Shown here: one piece after another, positions 19,649 to 27,967 of the stretch
Layout: the number at the start of each line of letters is the position of its first letter
How positions within the stretch are numbered: position 1 is the first letter of the stretch
Origin: Solirubrobacterales bacterium
GTDB lineage: Bacteria > Actinomycetota > Thermoleophilia > Solirubrobacterales > 70-9
Direction of reading: 5' to 3'
DNA length: 64,000 nt
Assembly: GCA_035472395.1 (NCBI GenBank)
Contig: DATIPC010000098.1
Span: 11,631 to 75,630 of the forward strand
Program-made: the position numbers and the translations under genes
The notes under the pieces: model-generated
What the model was told of the DNA's origin: nothing
Databases searched by the model: none
Seen by the model: only the letters and a program-made list of their open reading frames with translations

Positions 19649-20590
19649 TCACTGGCTCAGCAGGCCCAAATCGGCGTAGCAACCGAAGATGATTTCCTCC
19701 ACGAGAGACAGTTTTTCTTTAACGGCCTGCGACAAATCGCGGCCGCGATGAGGCGTCGTTAGGAAGTCGTCATTGACGATGTCCTCGACTTCACTCGCGT
19801 ACCGGATTTTTAGCTCGCCCCGAACCCGCTGCACGCCAAACCAAGCAAGCTCCACTGCGCGATGGTGGGCGAGCTGGTCACGCACCGAATGGCCATCCTC
19901 AGTCCCGCGAACGCCTGAAAGATCCTGCTCGGCCAGCCGACACTTGATTGCGTCAGAGCACTCGGTTGGTTCGCGACCATCCACAGTCCGATCAAGTCGG
20001 CGGAAACTCCCACCGTCAGTCTTAAAGAAGGCGGAGATCGCTATCGCCGCATAGTCCAGAGTGCGTCGCAGCGCGAACTGGAGCGCGGCATACTCAGCGC
20101 TCAGCGACGGGATTCGGAAGCTCGTATCCCGACCTTCCGGAAAGAGATCCTCTCGCCGTTCGCAGAACGAGATCACCTCGTTCTCAATCTGCTCGATTCG
20201 GCTGACGTGGTAATGGCAAGCGGTCATACCGTCTCTAACGGACTGAGAGCCCCCGCGTAGGACAGCAAGCCAATCGCGCTGCGCCCCTCCGTGCGGTGCA
20301 AGACGACCGAGCGCTGGGCCGATTGGATCACGCCAGTGCTCGACAATCTCGTTCAAGCGCTCAGTCTGCGCAAGAGGCAACCAGTCGCCGATTACCTCTT
20401 GTAGGGCTACGTGGCTTTCAATTGCATCAAGGAAGAACCCCGCCTGTCGCGCATCGTCGTTGGCTTCCGCCTCCTCGCTCGTCAGCCGATCACCCTCATT
20501 GAGATCCCCGGCTTCGCCCCCGCGCCATACGGTGGGCGCGCAACCCGGCCCGTGGACCGACAGCAAGCCAAAGGCAAACCGCAGGCGCAC
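19649..20590 (-). CDS. orphan 313-aa protein with an R-x4-H (HEPN-like) motif; start uncertain
   Basis: Long ORF in a low-GC segment. VRDQLAHH at 19865-19885. No family recognised otherwise. The only in-frame starts near the 5' end are GTG 20590 and TTG 20566, both overlapping the upstream ORF. Confidence 0.5.
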   Translation of the reverse strand: MRLRFAFGLLSVHGPGCAPTVWRGGEAGDLNEGDRLTSEEAEANDDARQAGFFLDAIESHVALQEVIGDWLPLAQTERLNEIVEHWRDPIGPALGRLAPHGGAQRDWLAVLRGGSQSVRDGMTACHYHVSRIEQIENEVISFCERREDLFPEGRDTSFRIPSLSAEYAALQFALRRTLDYAAIAISAFFKTDGGSFRRLDRTVDGREPTECSDAIKCRLAEQDLSGVRGTEDGHSVRDQLAHHRAVELAWFGVQRVRGELKIRYASEVEDIVNDDFLTTPHRGRDLSQAVKEKLSLVEEIIFGCYADLGLLSQ

Positions 20591-20891
20591 CGTCCTCCGG
20601 GCTATTACGGTAGATCAGACGGAAGCGCGGCTTGCCTTTGTGCGTCTCGATATCGAAGCGGATTCGACGGCAATCGGCCAGCTCAGGGTGGCGACCTGAG
20701 CCCATCAGCTCGCCGGTGTGCGGATTCGTCTCGCACTCCAAGAACAGCTCAGCGATTCGACGCTTCAGCAAATCGATTTCGTCGTGGTCGGCCTCGGTTG
20801 CATTACCCGAAAGCGCCGTCAACTCGGCGATATCGCCCTTTACTCCTTCGGCAAGCTCGACCTTGACCTTGGGAGCGGTTGCGTCGCCCAC
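20496..20891 (-). CDS. RelE/ParE-superfamily toxin-like protein
   Basis: 131 aa. NPHTGELMG...CRRIRFDIETHKGKPRFRLIYRNSPEDGAPAVCLWLAVGPRAG follows the RelE/ParE pattern (nP.G..L......R.Rvg.yRiiY.......v.i..vg.R). Confidence 0.55.
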   Translation of the reverse strand: MGDATAPKVKVELAEGVKGDIAELTALSGNATEADHDEIDLLKRRIAELFLECETNPHTGELMGSGRHPELADCRRIRFDIETHKGKPRFRLIYRNSPEDGAPAVCLWLAVGPRAGLRAHRMARGRSRGSQ

Positions 20892-20894
20892 AAC

Positions 20895-21116
20895 CTAGCG
20901 AACGTCAATGCCGAGGTCGGCCAGCGCCTCGGCGCCATCCTCAGCTCGCCCGGCTGCGCCACTTCGAACGCGCTCTGCGGCGAGAGCCTCGATCTCGTCG
21001 TCGGCTTGGCGATCGTGAAGGATTGCGATCTCGCCCTGCATTTGGCGCATCTGGTCTTCCAAGTCACTCAGCTTCTCGAAGAGCTGTCTGGATTTCGTCC
21101 TAGGCAAGAGCGGCAT
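20895..21116 (-). CDS. putative antitoxin (73-aa helical protein)
   Basis: Immediately upstream of the RelE/ParE-like ORF (3-nt gap). Charged helical sequence. GAGG SD upstream. Assignment is by position only. Confidence 0.4.
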   Translation of the reverse strand: MPLLPRTKSRQLFEKLSDLEDQMRQMQGEIAILHDRQADDEIEALAAERVRSGAAGRAEDGAEALADLGIDVR

Positions 21117-21188
21117 CGCGAACCAGAATACCTCTGCCGTCCGCCGGATTCGCCAGTCTGCGCGATCTCGCAGGCTATGTGCCTGTTG

Positions 21189-21210
21189 ACCAACTAGACA
21201 ACTGGTTGGT
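21189..21210. promoter_or_regulatory. inverted repeat ACCAAC-10 nt-GTTGGT upstream of the cassette (possible operator)
   Basis: Read directly, about 75-95 nt upstream of the 73-aa ORF start. Confidence 0.3.
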
Positions 21211-21283
21211 TGAGATCACGGCGGCGAATCCTAGAGGGGTCGGCCAAACTCCGGCAGTCTCTAATGTAAGGGTGGCCTGGGAG

Positions 21284-21766
21284 ATGAGAGGAACGCTGGG
21301 AATACTCGCCGCGATCATGCTCGTGACGCTAACCGTCGCGCCGCTGGCGCACGGGGAAGACCAGACCCGAGAAGGCTACGTCGCCCAAGTCGAGCCGATC
21401 TGCCAGGCGAACAGGGCCGCCAACGAACGGATCATGGCCGGCGCCAAGGATCGCGTCAACAAAGGCAAGCTGGCGCTCGCGGGGAAGCAGTTCGTCCGTG
21501 TCTCGGGCTCGGTCGGGAGCCTGATAGCCGGGCTCGCGGCGGTGCCGCCACCGCCCGCCGACAGCCACCGGATCGAACGGTGGCTCCACTTGATGAGGCT
21601 TCTCGAGCAGCGGCTCCGCAACGTCGGCAAGTACTACAAGGCCGAAGAAAAGATCAAAGCCACCCACGAGTCGATCCTGGCCGAACGGAGCGGTCTCTCG
21701 GCCAACAACACCAGCATCGTCTTCCACTTCCACTACTGCCGCTTCAGCCACATCCGCGGTACTTGA
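21284..21766 (+). CDS. secreted hypothetical protein (2 Cys)
   Basis: Signal peptide MRGTLGILAAIMLVTLTVAPLAHG. Start trimmed from 21179. Confidence 0.55.
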   Translation: MRGTLGILAAIMLVTLTVAPLAHGEDQTREGYVAQVEPICQANRAANERIMAGAKDRVNKGKLALAGKQFVRVSGSVGSLIAGLAAVPPPPADSHRIERWLHLMRLLEQRLRNVGKYYKAEEKIKATHESILAERSGLSANNTSIVFHFHYCRFSHIRGT

Positions 21767-21806
21767 CGGTCCTCAGCGAGAGGCAACATAAGGGCCGTCG
21801 TCGAGC

Positions 21807-22616
21807 TCAGTCCGCCGATTCCGCCGCGGTGCTGGTGGTGAGGCTCGAAGCGGCGCCGCCTGAGAGGACGCGGCGCACCAGTCGCGGGGCGAGAATGCGG
21901 GCGACCGCGGCCAGCGCGTAGGGGCGCGGCACGTAGCGCTCCGCTCTACCGCGCAGGCCCGTCTCGACGATTGCCTCGGCGACCTTCTCCGGCTTGGAGA
22001 CGATCCAGCGGGTCAGCGCCCGTTCGCGCAGCTCCGTCGCCGGGAAGCCCTCGGTGACGATGAAGCCCGGCAGGACCATGCCGACGTGGACGCCGTACGG
22101 GCGCTCCTCGGCGTAGAGCGCATCGGTCCAACCGATCAGGGCGAACTTGCTGGCCGAGTAGGAGCCGGTGCGCGCTCGGGCCACCCGCCCGGCGGTGCTG
22201 GCGACGTTGACGATCGCGCTCGGCGCCGAGCGCCGCAGCAGTGGCAGCAATGCCTCGGTGAGGCGGACGACCGCGTCGAAGTTGAGCTCCATGTGGCGAT
22301 GGACGTTGTCGTAGCCAGCATCGGCGAAGGATCCGCGCCAGGATCCGCCGGCATTGTTGACGAGCAGCGTGAGGCGATTGTCGTGGCGCTCAGCGAGGTG
22401 GGCACGAACTCGCTCGGGAGCGTCCGGCTCGGTCAGGTCGGCCACAACCCAGGTCGCCTCGCAGGGCAGCGACTCGGCCAGGGCGCGCAACCGCTCCTCG
22501 CGGCGCGCGACGAGGATCAGCTCGGCGCCCGGCTCGCGGGCGAGCCGCCTCGCGGCCGCCTCGCCGATGCCGCTCGAGGCGCCGGTGATCAACACGGTCA
22601 TCGTCGGATCGCTCAT
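21807..22616 (-). CDS. SDR family oxidoreductase
   Basis: TVLITGASSGIGEAAARRLA Rossmann motif, NNAG, YSASK catalytic motif. Start trimmed from 22847 (ATG 22616 or 22601). Confidence 0.85.
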   Translation of the reverse strand: MSDPTMTVLITGASSGIGEAAARRLAREPGAELILVARREERLRALAESLPCEATWVVADLTEPDAPERVRAHLAERHDNRLTLLVNNAGGSWRGSFADAGYDNVHRHMELNFDAVVRLTEALLPLLRRSAPSAIVNVASTAGRVARARTGSYSASKFALIGWTDALYAEERPYGVHVGMVLPGFIVTEGFPATELRERALTRWIVSKPEKVAEAIVETGLRGRAERYVPRPYALAAVARILAPRLVRRVLSGGAASSLTTSTAAESAD

Positions 22617-22684
22617 AGAAGAGAAAACTATTCGAAATGCCTGTCGACGGCCGTCTGTCCGACTCGGCATACTGCGCACCTCGA

Positions 22685-23734
22685 ATGGCCGAAGTCCCCG
22701 CACTTCTCGACAAGCTGCTGCACGCAAGCGCCCCCTCGGGTCATGAGGGACCGGCTGCTGCCGTCTGGCGCGAGGAAGCATCCTTTGCCGCGCTCTCGGC
22801 CGACGGGCTCGGCTCCTCGATCGCCCGCATCGGCGAGGACGGGCCACTGCTCGCCGTCGTCGGGCACATCGACGAGATCGGCCTCGTCGTCACCCACATC
22901 GACGAGAGCGGATTCCTCTGGTTCGCTCCGATCGGCGGCTGGGACCCGCAGATCCTGGTCGGACAGCGAGTCGAGCTTCGGGGAAGAGACGGGCTCGTGC
23001 CGGGCGTCGTCGGCCGGAAGCCGATCCACCTGCTCGAGGCCGACCAGCGTAAAAAGGTCGTCGAGTTGAAAGGGCTGCACATCGACGTCGGCGCGGCCGA
23101 TCGCGAGGAGGCCTCCGACCTCGTCCGGATCGGGGACCCGGCGGTGATCGCGGCCGAGCCGGTGCGTCTTGCCGGCGACCGGCTCGTATCCCGCGCGATG
23201 GACAACCGGTTGGGCGCCTATGTGGCACTGGAGGCGCTGCGCCGCTGCCACGAGCGCGGCTCGGTGGATGGCAGCTTTGTTGCGATCGCCGCGGTCCAGG
23301 AGGAGATCGGGCTGTTCGGGTCGCGGACCTCGGCCTTCGAGGTGCGGCCGGACCTGGCCGTCGCCGTCGACGTCACCCACGCCACCGACGCTCCCGGGGT
23401 CGACGAGAAGGAGATCGGCAGTCACCCCCTCGGTTCCGGCCCGGTGATCGGGCGGGGCTCGACCCTCTCGCCCAAGGTCTTCGAGCTGCTGGTCGAGACC
23501 GCCGAGGAGGCCGGGATCGAGTACACGATCAGCGCCAGCGGTCGCAGCACCAGCACCGACGCCGACGCGATCCAGATCTCGCGCTCGGGCATCCCGACCG
23601 GCCTTGTCTCGATCCCGCTCCGCTACATGCACTCCCCGGTCGAGCTGGTCGACCTGGGCGACCTCGAAGCCACCGTCGAGCTGATCGCCGCCTTCGCGGC
23701 GCGCCTGCAGGCCGACATCGACCTCAGTCGCTGA
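22685..23734 (+). CDS. M42 family metallopeptidase (FrvX/glutamyl aminopeptidase-like)
   Basis: LLHASAPSGHEG, GHIDEIGLVVTHIDESGFLWF, SRAMDNRLG, VQEEIGLFG. Start trimmed to ATG 22685. Confidence 0.85.
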   Translation: MAEVPALLDKLLHASAPSGHEGPAAAVWREEASFAALSADGLGSSIARIGEDGPLLAVVGHIDEIGLVVTHIDESGFLWFAPIGGWDPQILVGQRVELRGRDGLVPGVVGRKPIHLLEADQRKKVVELKGLHIDVGAADREEASDLVRIGDPAVIAAEPVRLAGDRLVSRAMDNRLGAYVALEALRRCHERGSVDGSFVAIAAVQEEIGLFGSRTSAFEVRPDLAVAVDVTHATDAPGVDEKEIGSHPLGSGPVIGRGSTLSPKVFELLVETAEEAGIEYTISASGRSTSTDADAIQISRSGIPTGLVSIPLRYMHSPVELVDLGDLEATVELIAAFAARLQADIDLSR

Positions 23735-23746
23735 GTCTCCCGCGGC

Positions 23747-24817
23747 TCAGTTCGAGCCCACCGAGACCTGATCCCGCCCCGCTGCCTTGGCGCAGTAGAG
23801 CGCCGCGTCGGCCAGGCCAACCAGCTCATCGGTGTCGAGCGGGCCGGTCTGGGAGACGGCGACCCCGATGCTGAGCGTCACCGCCACTCCGGCAGGTCGC
23901 CGCTCGCGCACGGCATGCCGCAGCCGCTCGGCGATTCCCACGGCGTCGGCCTTGGTGGCGCCGGGCAGGACGACGAGGATCTCCTCGCCCCCGACCCGGT
24001 AGATCGAGTCGCCGGCGCGCAGGTTGGTGCGCATCGTGTAGGCGACCTCTTGGAGCACCGTGTCGCCGGCCGCGTGCCCGAGTTTGTCGTTGACCCGCTT
24101 GAAGTTGTCGAGGTCGCAGAGCAGCAGCGCGTAGGAGTTGCCCTTTGCGTCGCCGGTCGGCTGACCGTCGAGCTCGCCGAGCCGTTGCTCGAGTGCGTTG
24201 CGGTTGAAGAGGCCGGTGAGCGGATCGAGCGTGGAGCGACGCCGGTGCGCGCGGTCGGACTCGACCAGAGCGCCGGAGAGGATCACCGTGCTGAGGACCA
24301 GGGCGACGGCGGCGATCACCTCCTGGTGGTGCTCAGGGGCGCTTGCGGAGTCCAGCCCGACGGTGCTGATCAGGAGCAAGGCGACGATGTAGGCGGTGCC
24401 GATCGCCGTGCCGCGGGTCGAGAAGCGGGCGCCGAGCGTTACAGCCGGCAACGCGAACCACATCAGCACCGGGCTCGCCGCGCCGCCAGTGACGACCACC
24501 GCATCGGCAAGAAGCAGCGGCAGGATTCCCCAGGCGGTCGCAACCCAGAGCGCCGGGTGCTCGCTGCTGCGCATGAAGTTGTCCGCGATCGCGAAGCCAC
24601 CCAGGCCGGCGAGGAGCGGTGCCACCCACCACCAGCCGATCTCGGAGCCGACCGAGACGAGGGCCAAGCCGAGGATCGCAAAGCAGGCGAACCGGTAGGG
24701 CCGCAGCCTTATCTCCATGTCCAGCATGCGCTCGCGGCGAGCGTCATCGCGCGCCGCCACCAACGACTCCTTGGGTGGCGTCGAGGCGGTGGCGGCGAAT
24801 AGGCGCCCGAGGCGCAT
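23747..24817 (-). CDS. membrane-bound diguanylate cyclase (GGDEF domain, GGEEI active-site variant)
   Basis: Several N-terminal TM helices, then DPLTGLFNR...LLLCDLDNFKRVND..RVGGEEILVVL. Start uncertain (ATG 24817, 24727 or 24718). Confidence 0.8.
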   Translation of the reverse strand: MRLGRLFAATASTPPKESLVAARDDARRERMLDMEIRLRPYRFACFAILGLALVSVGSEIGWWWVAPLLAGLGGFAIADNFMRSSEHPALWVATAWGILPLLLADAVVVTGGAASPVLMWFALPAVTLGARFSTRGTAIGTAYIVALLLISTVGLDSASAPEHHQEVIAAVALVLSTVILSGALVESDRAHRRRSTLDPLTGLFNRNALEQRLGELDGQPTGDAKGNSYALLLCDLDNFKRVNDKLGHAAGDTVLQEVAYTMRTNLRAGDSIYRVGGEEILVVLPGATKADAVGIAERLRHAVRERRPAGVAVTLSIGVAVSQTGPLDTDELVGLADAALYCAKAAGRDQVSVGSN

Positions 24818-24899
24818 CGTGCGTGCGGTCCGTCTCACGAGATGCGCATCGGCCCGGCGGCTGCCGGACTTTGACGTTGCACCGGAGATCCCGCGCGAT

Positions 24900-24915
24900 A
24901 CGCACCCGGGTGCGT
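24900..24915 (-). terminator. 16-nt perfect palindrome ACGCACCCGGGTGCGT just after the pepP-like stop
   Basis: Read directly. No U-tract. Confidence 0.3.
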
Positions 24916-24917
24916 CG

Positions 24918-25976
24918 TCAGTCGACCAGTTGCAGCTCTTTGGGCAGGCCGCTGAGGTTGCGGCAGCCCTCGGCGGTGACGACCACGAGATCCTCGATCC
25001 GCACACCAAGCCCCCCCGGCACGTAGATGCCGGGCTCGATCGTCACCACCTCTCCCACCGCCAGCACGTCCTCGGAGCGGGGTGAGACGCGCGGCCCCTC
25101 GTGCACCTCGAGCCCGACCCCGTGGCCCAGACCATGGCCGAAGCGCTCGCCGTACCCGGCCGCATCGATCCTCTTGCGGGCGACGGCGTCGAGCTCCTCG
25201 CCCCCGACCCCCGCGGCGACGGCGGCGAGCGCGTCGGCCTGCGCCACCCGCACCGTCTCGTAGACCTCACGGGCGTTCTCGCTGGGCTCGCCGACGGCGA
25301 AGGTGCGGGTGCCGTCCGAGCAGTAGCCGTCGAGCATCGCGCCCATGTCGAAGACGACCAGCTCTCCGGCGCCGATCTTGCGCTCGCCCGGCTCGGCATG
25401 GGGCAGCGCGCCGTTGGGCCCGGCGGCGACGATCGTCGGGAAGGAGGGGTCCCCTCCCTGCTCGCGGATCCGGGCTTCCGCGGCGCGGGCGACGTCGCGC
25501 TCGGTGCGGCCGCCAAGACCGCGCTCCAGGCTCCAGACCCAGACCTCGTCGGCCAGCTTCGAGGCGGCGGCGATCGTCTCCAGCTCAGCCTCGTCCTTGA
25601 CCCGGCGCAGCTTCTCGACCGTGCCGGCGGCGGCCACAGCCTCGACCCCGTCTGCCAGCTTGCCCCGCAGCCGCTCGAGCAGGCGGACCGAGACGTGATC
25701 GTCCTCGAAGCCGAACCTCCCCGTCAGCTGCGCGGCGATGCCAACCAGCCAGTCGTCGGAGACCGTGATCGTCTCCCAGCCGTCGACCTCGGCCGCGGCC
25801 CGCTCGGTATAGCGGAAGTCGGTCAGGAACAGGCGCGTGTCCGGACCGCAGACGCAGGCGCCGTTGGTGCCGGTGAAACCGGTCAGGTAGCGGACGTTGA
25901 CCAGGTTGGTGACCAGCATCAGGTCGAGCTCACGCTCGCCCAACGAGGCTGCGAGACGGTCGCCGCGGCCCCTCAT
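24918..25976 (-). CDS. Xaa-Pro aminopeptidase (M24B)
   Basis: 352 aa. VFDMGAMLDGYCSDGTRTF, HGLGHGVGLEVHE, VVTIEPGIY. Lies after aroQ, like mycobacterial pepQ. Confidence 0.9.
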   Translation of the reverse strand: MRGRGDRLAASLGERELDLMLVTNLVNVRYLTGFTGTNGACVCGPDTRLFLTDFRYTERAAAEVDGWETITVSDDWLVGIAAQLTGRFGFEDDHVSVRLLERLRGKLADGVEAVAAAGTVEKLRRVKDEAELETIAAASKLADEVWVWSLERGLGGRTERDVARAAEARIREQGGDPSFPTIVAAGPNGALPHAEPGERKIGAGELVVFDMGAMLDGYCSDGTRTFAVGEPSENAREVYETVRVAQADALAAVAAGVGGEELDAVARKRIDAAGYGERFGHGLGHGVGLEVHEGPRVSPRSEDVLAVGEVVTIEPGIYVPGGLGVRIEDLVVVTAEGCRNLSGLPKELQLVD

Positions 25977-26434
25977 GGCTCGGCGGAAACGCCCAGGTGT
26001 CGGGCCAGGACGGCCAGCGCGTCGCCGTAACCGTCCGGCCCCTTGCCGGAGATCTTCTCCAGCACGAGCCCGTCGAAAACCGAGATCTTGCGGAAGTCCT
26101 GGCGCGACTCGACGTCGGAGAGGTGCACCTCGACCGCGGGCAGGCCGGTCAGCTCGAGCGCGTCGGCGATCGCGCGGCTGTAGTGGGTCCAGGCGCCGGC
26201 GTTGATCACGATCGAGTCCGCCAGCTCCGGCGCCCGGTGCAGGTACTCGGCGAACTCGCCCTCGGAGTTGGTCTGGAAGAAGATCGTTTCCAGGCCGAGC
26301 CCTCGGGCCGCGCCCTGGATCCTCGTCTCCAGCTCACCCAGCGAGAGCCCGCCGTAGATCTCGGGGTCGCGCCGCTCCAGCACGTCGAAGTTGACCCCGT
26401 GCAGGACCGCGACCCTGTTGTGAGCGCTGGTCAT
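25973..26434 (-). CDS. aroQ: type II 3-dehydroquinate dehydratase
   Basis: VAVLHGVNFDVLERRDPEIYG...INAGAWTHYSRAI. Confidence 0.95.
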   Translation of the reverse strand: MTSAHNRVAVLHGVNFDVLERRDPEIYGGLSLGELETRIQGAARGLGLETIFFQTNSEGEFAEYLHRAPELADSIVINAGAWTHYSRAIADALELTGLPAVEVHLSDVESRQDFRKISVFDGLVLEKISGKGPDGYGDALAVLARHLGVSAEP

Positions 26435-27963
26435 CCGTGCAACTCCAGCACAGCTGCCCGGACCGTGTCGGGGTCGAGGATCTGCCCCGTCCGAGGCCTG
26501 CCAGGCTCAGGGAGAAGGACGAAGCCGACCCCCGCCGCGGTTCGCTTCTTGTCTCGTTGCAGGGCGGTGAGGATGTCCTCGACGTCGATCGCGGGATCGA
26601 TCGCGACCGGCAGCCGGTGAAGGCGCAGAATCTCCTCGACCTCCTGGCGCAGCTCTGCCGCCCCTGAGAGCCGCAGGGTCGCGAGCAGGCCGATTCCGAC
26701 CGCCTCGCCATGCCGGTAGCGCGAGTAGCCGCTCGCCGCCTCGATCGCGTGGCCGACCGTGTGGCCGAGGTTGAGGGTGTGCCTCAGCCCAGAGTCGCGC
26801 TCGTCGGCGGCGACGACCTCGCACTTGTAGCGGGCGCAAGCGAAGACGACGTCGCCGAGCCCACCTGAGTCGAGCGACTCGATGCCCCGCACCCGCTCCC
26901 AGAGCGCACCGCCGGCCAGGAGGCCGGTCTTCAACACCTCGACGAAGCCCGCCGCCAGCTCCTCGGGCGGCAAGCTCGCCAGCGTCTCAGTGTCGGCGAT
27001 CACGGCCGCCGGCAGGTGGTAGGCGCCGGCGTAGTTCTTGCCCTCGGGGAGGTCGACCCCGGTCTTCCCCCCGTAGGCGGAGTCGACCTGGGCGACGAGG
27101 GTCGTGGGGACCTGGACGACCGCAACGCCGCGCTGGTAGACGTGGGCGCAGAAGCCCCCCAGGTCGCCGACGACGCCACCGCCCAGCGCGATGACGTGGT
27201 CCTCGCGGGTCATCCCGGCACGGGCGAGCTCGCGCAGAACCTGCTCCGCCTCATCCATCGTCTTCGCCGCCTCGCCGGGCTCGACCTCGATCCGAGCCTC
27301 GAGCGGAGCGAGGCGGTCCGCGTAGATCGCCCCGACCGCGCTGTCGGTGACGCAGAAGCGCCGGCCCTCCAGCGGCCACCGATCCACCCCGAGCAGAGCG
27401 CTGCCGACGAAGACCGGGTACTCGCCGGAAGCGCTCGACGCCCACAGCATCTTCGTCCCTGCGGGCAGCTCGCGGAGCGCTTCGATCGAAGGCAGCGCTC
27501 GCATGACCATCTCCGGATCGCCCACCGGCAGCACGGCGTCGGCGAGCGACTCGTACAGCGGGCGACGCTCGGCGAACAGCGAATCGAACCGGGCGCGTTC
27601 CTGGGCAAGGGGACGATCGGTGCCCACAACCCGCTCCCAAGCGGTTTCGGGATCGACGTCGAGCCAGACGACGAGGTGATCGGCGAGCTCCGAGCTGATG
27701 CGCTCGGAAAGGACGGACCCTCCGCCAAGCGCGATGGCTCCTCCGTCGGCCTCGCTCAGAATCTCACTCGCAACCTCCTCCTCAACGCGCCGGAACTCCT
27801 CTTCCCCGCGCTTCTCGAAGAGCTCGCGAACCGACAATCCGACCCGCCGCTCGATCCGGACGTCCATGTCCTCCGCCCCGCCCACCGCGGCCTCGACAGT
27901 CAGGGCGGCGCTCGACTTGCCCGCCCCCATGAAGCCGATGAAGACGATCGCGGGCCGCTTCAC
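26431..27963 (-). CDS. aroKB: bifunctional shikimate kinase / 3-dehydroquinate synthase
   Basis: N-terminal FIGFMGAGKSS P-loop and a shikimate kinase segment, then the AroB body (GGGVVGDLGGF, NLGHTVGHAIE). GTG 27963 preferred; the track start 28038 overlaps aroC. Confidence 0.9.
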   Translation of the reverse strand: MKRPAIVFIGFMGAGKSSAALTVEAAVGGAEDMDVRIERRVGLSVRELFEKRGEEEFRRVEEEVASEILSEADGGAIALGGGSVLSERISSELADHLVVWLDVDPETAWERVVGTDRPLAQERARFDSLFAERRPLYESLADAVLPVGDPEMVMRALPSIEALRELPAGTKMLWASSASGEYPVFVGSALLGVDRWPLEGRRFCVTDSAVGAIYADRLAPLEARIEVEPGEAAKTMDEAEQVLRELARAGMTREDHVIALGGGVVGDLGGFCAHVYQRGVAVVQVPTTLVAQVDSAYGGKTGVDLPEGKNYAGAYHLPAAVIADTETLASLPPEELAAGFVEVLKTGLLAGGALWERVRGIESLDSGGLGDVVFACARYKCEVVAADERDSGLRHTLNLGHTVGHAIEAASGYSRYRHGEAVGIGLLATLRLSGAAELRQEVEEILRLHRLPVAIDPAIDVEDILTALQRDKKRTAAGVGFVLLPEPGRPRTGQILDPDTVRAAVLELHG

Positions 27964-27967
27964 GCGG

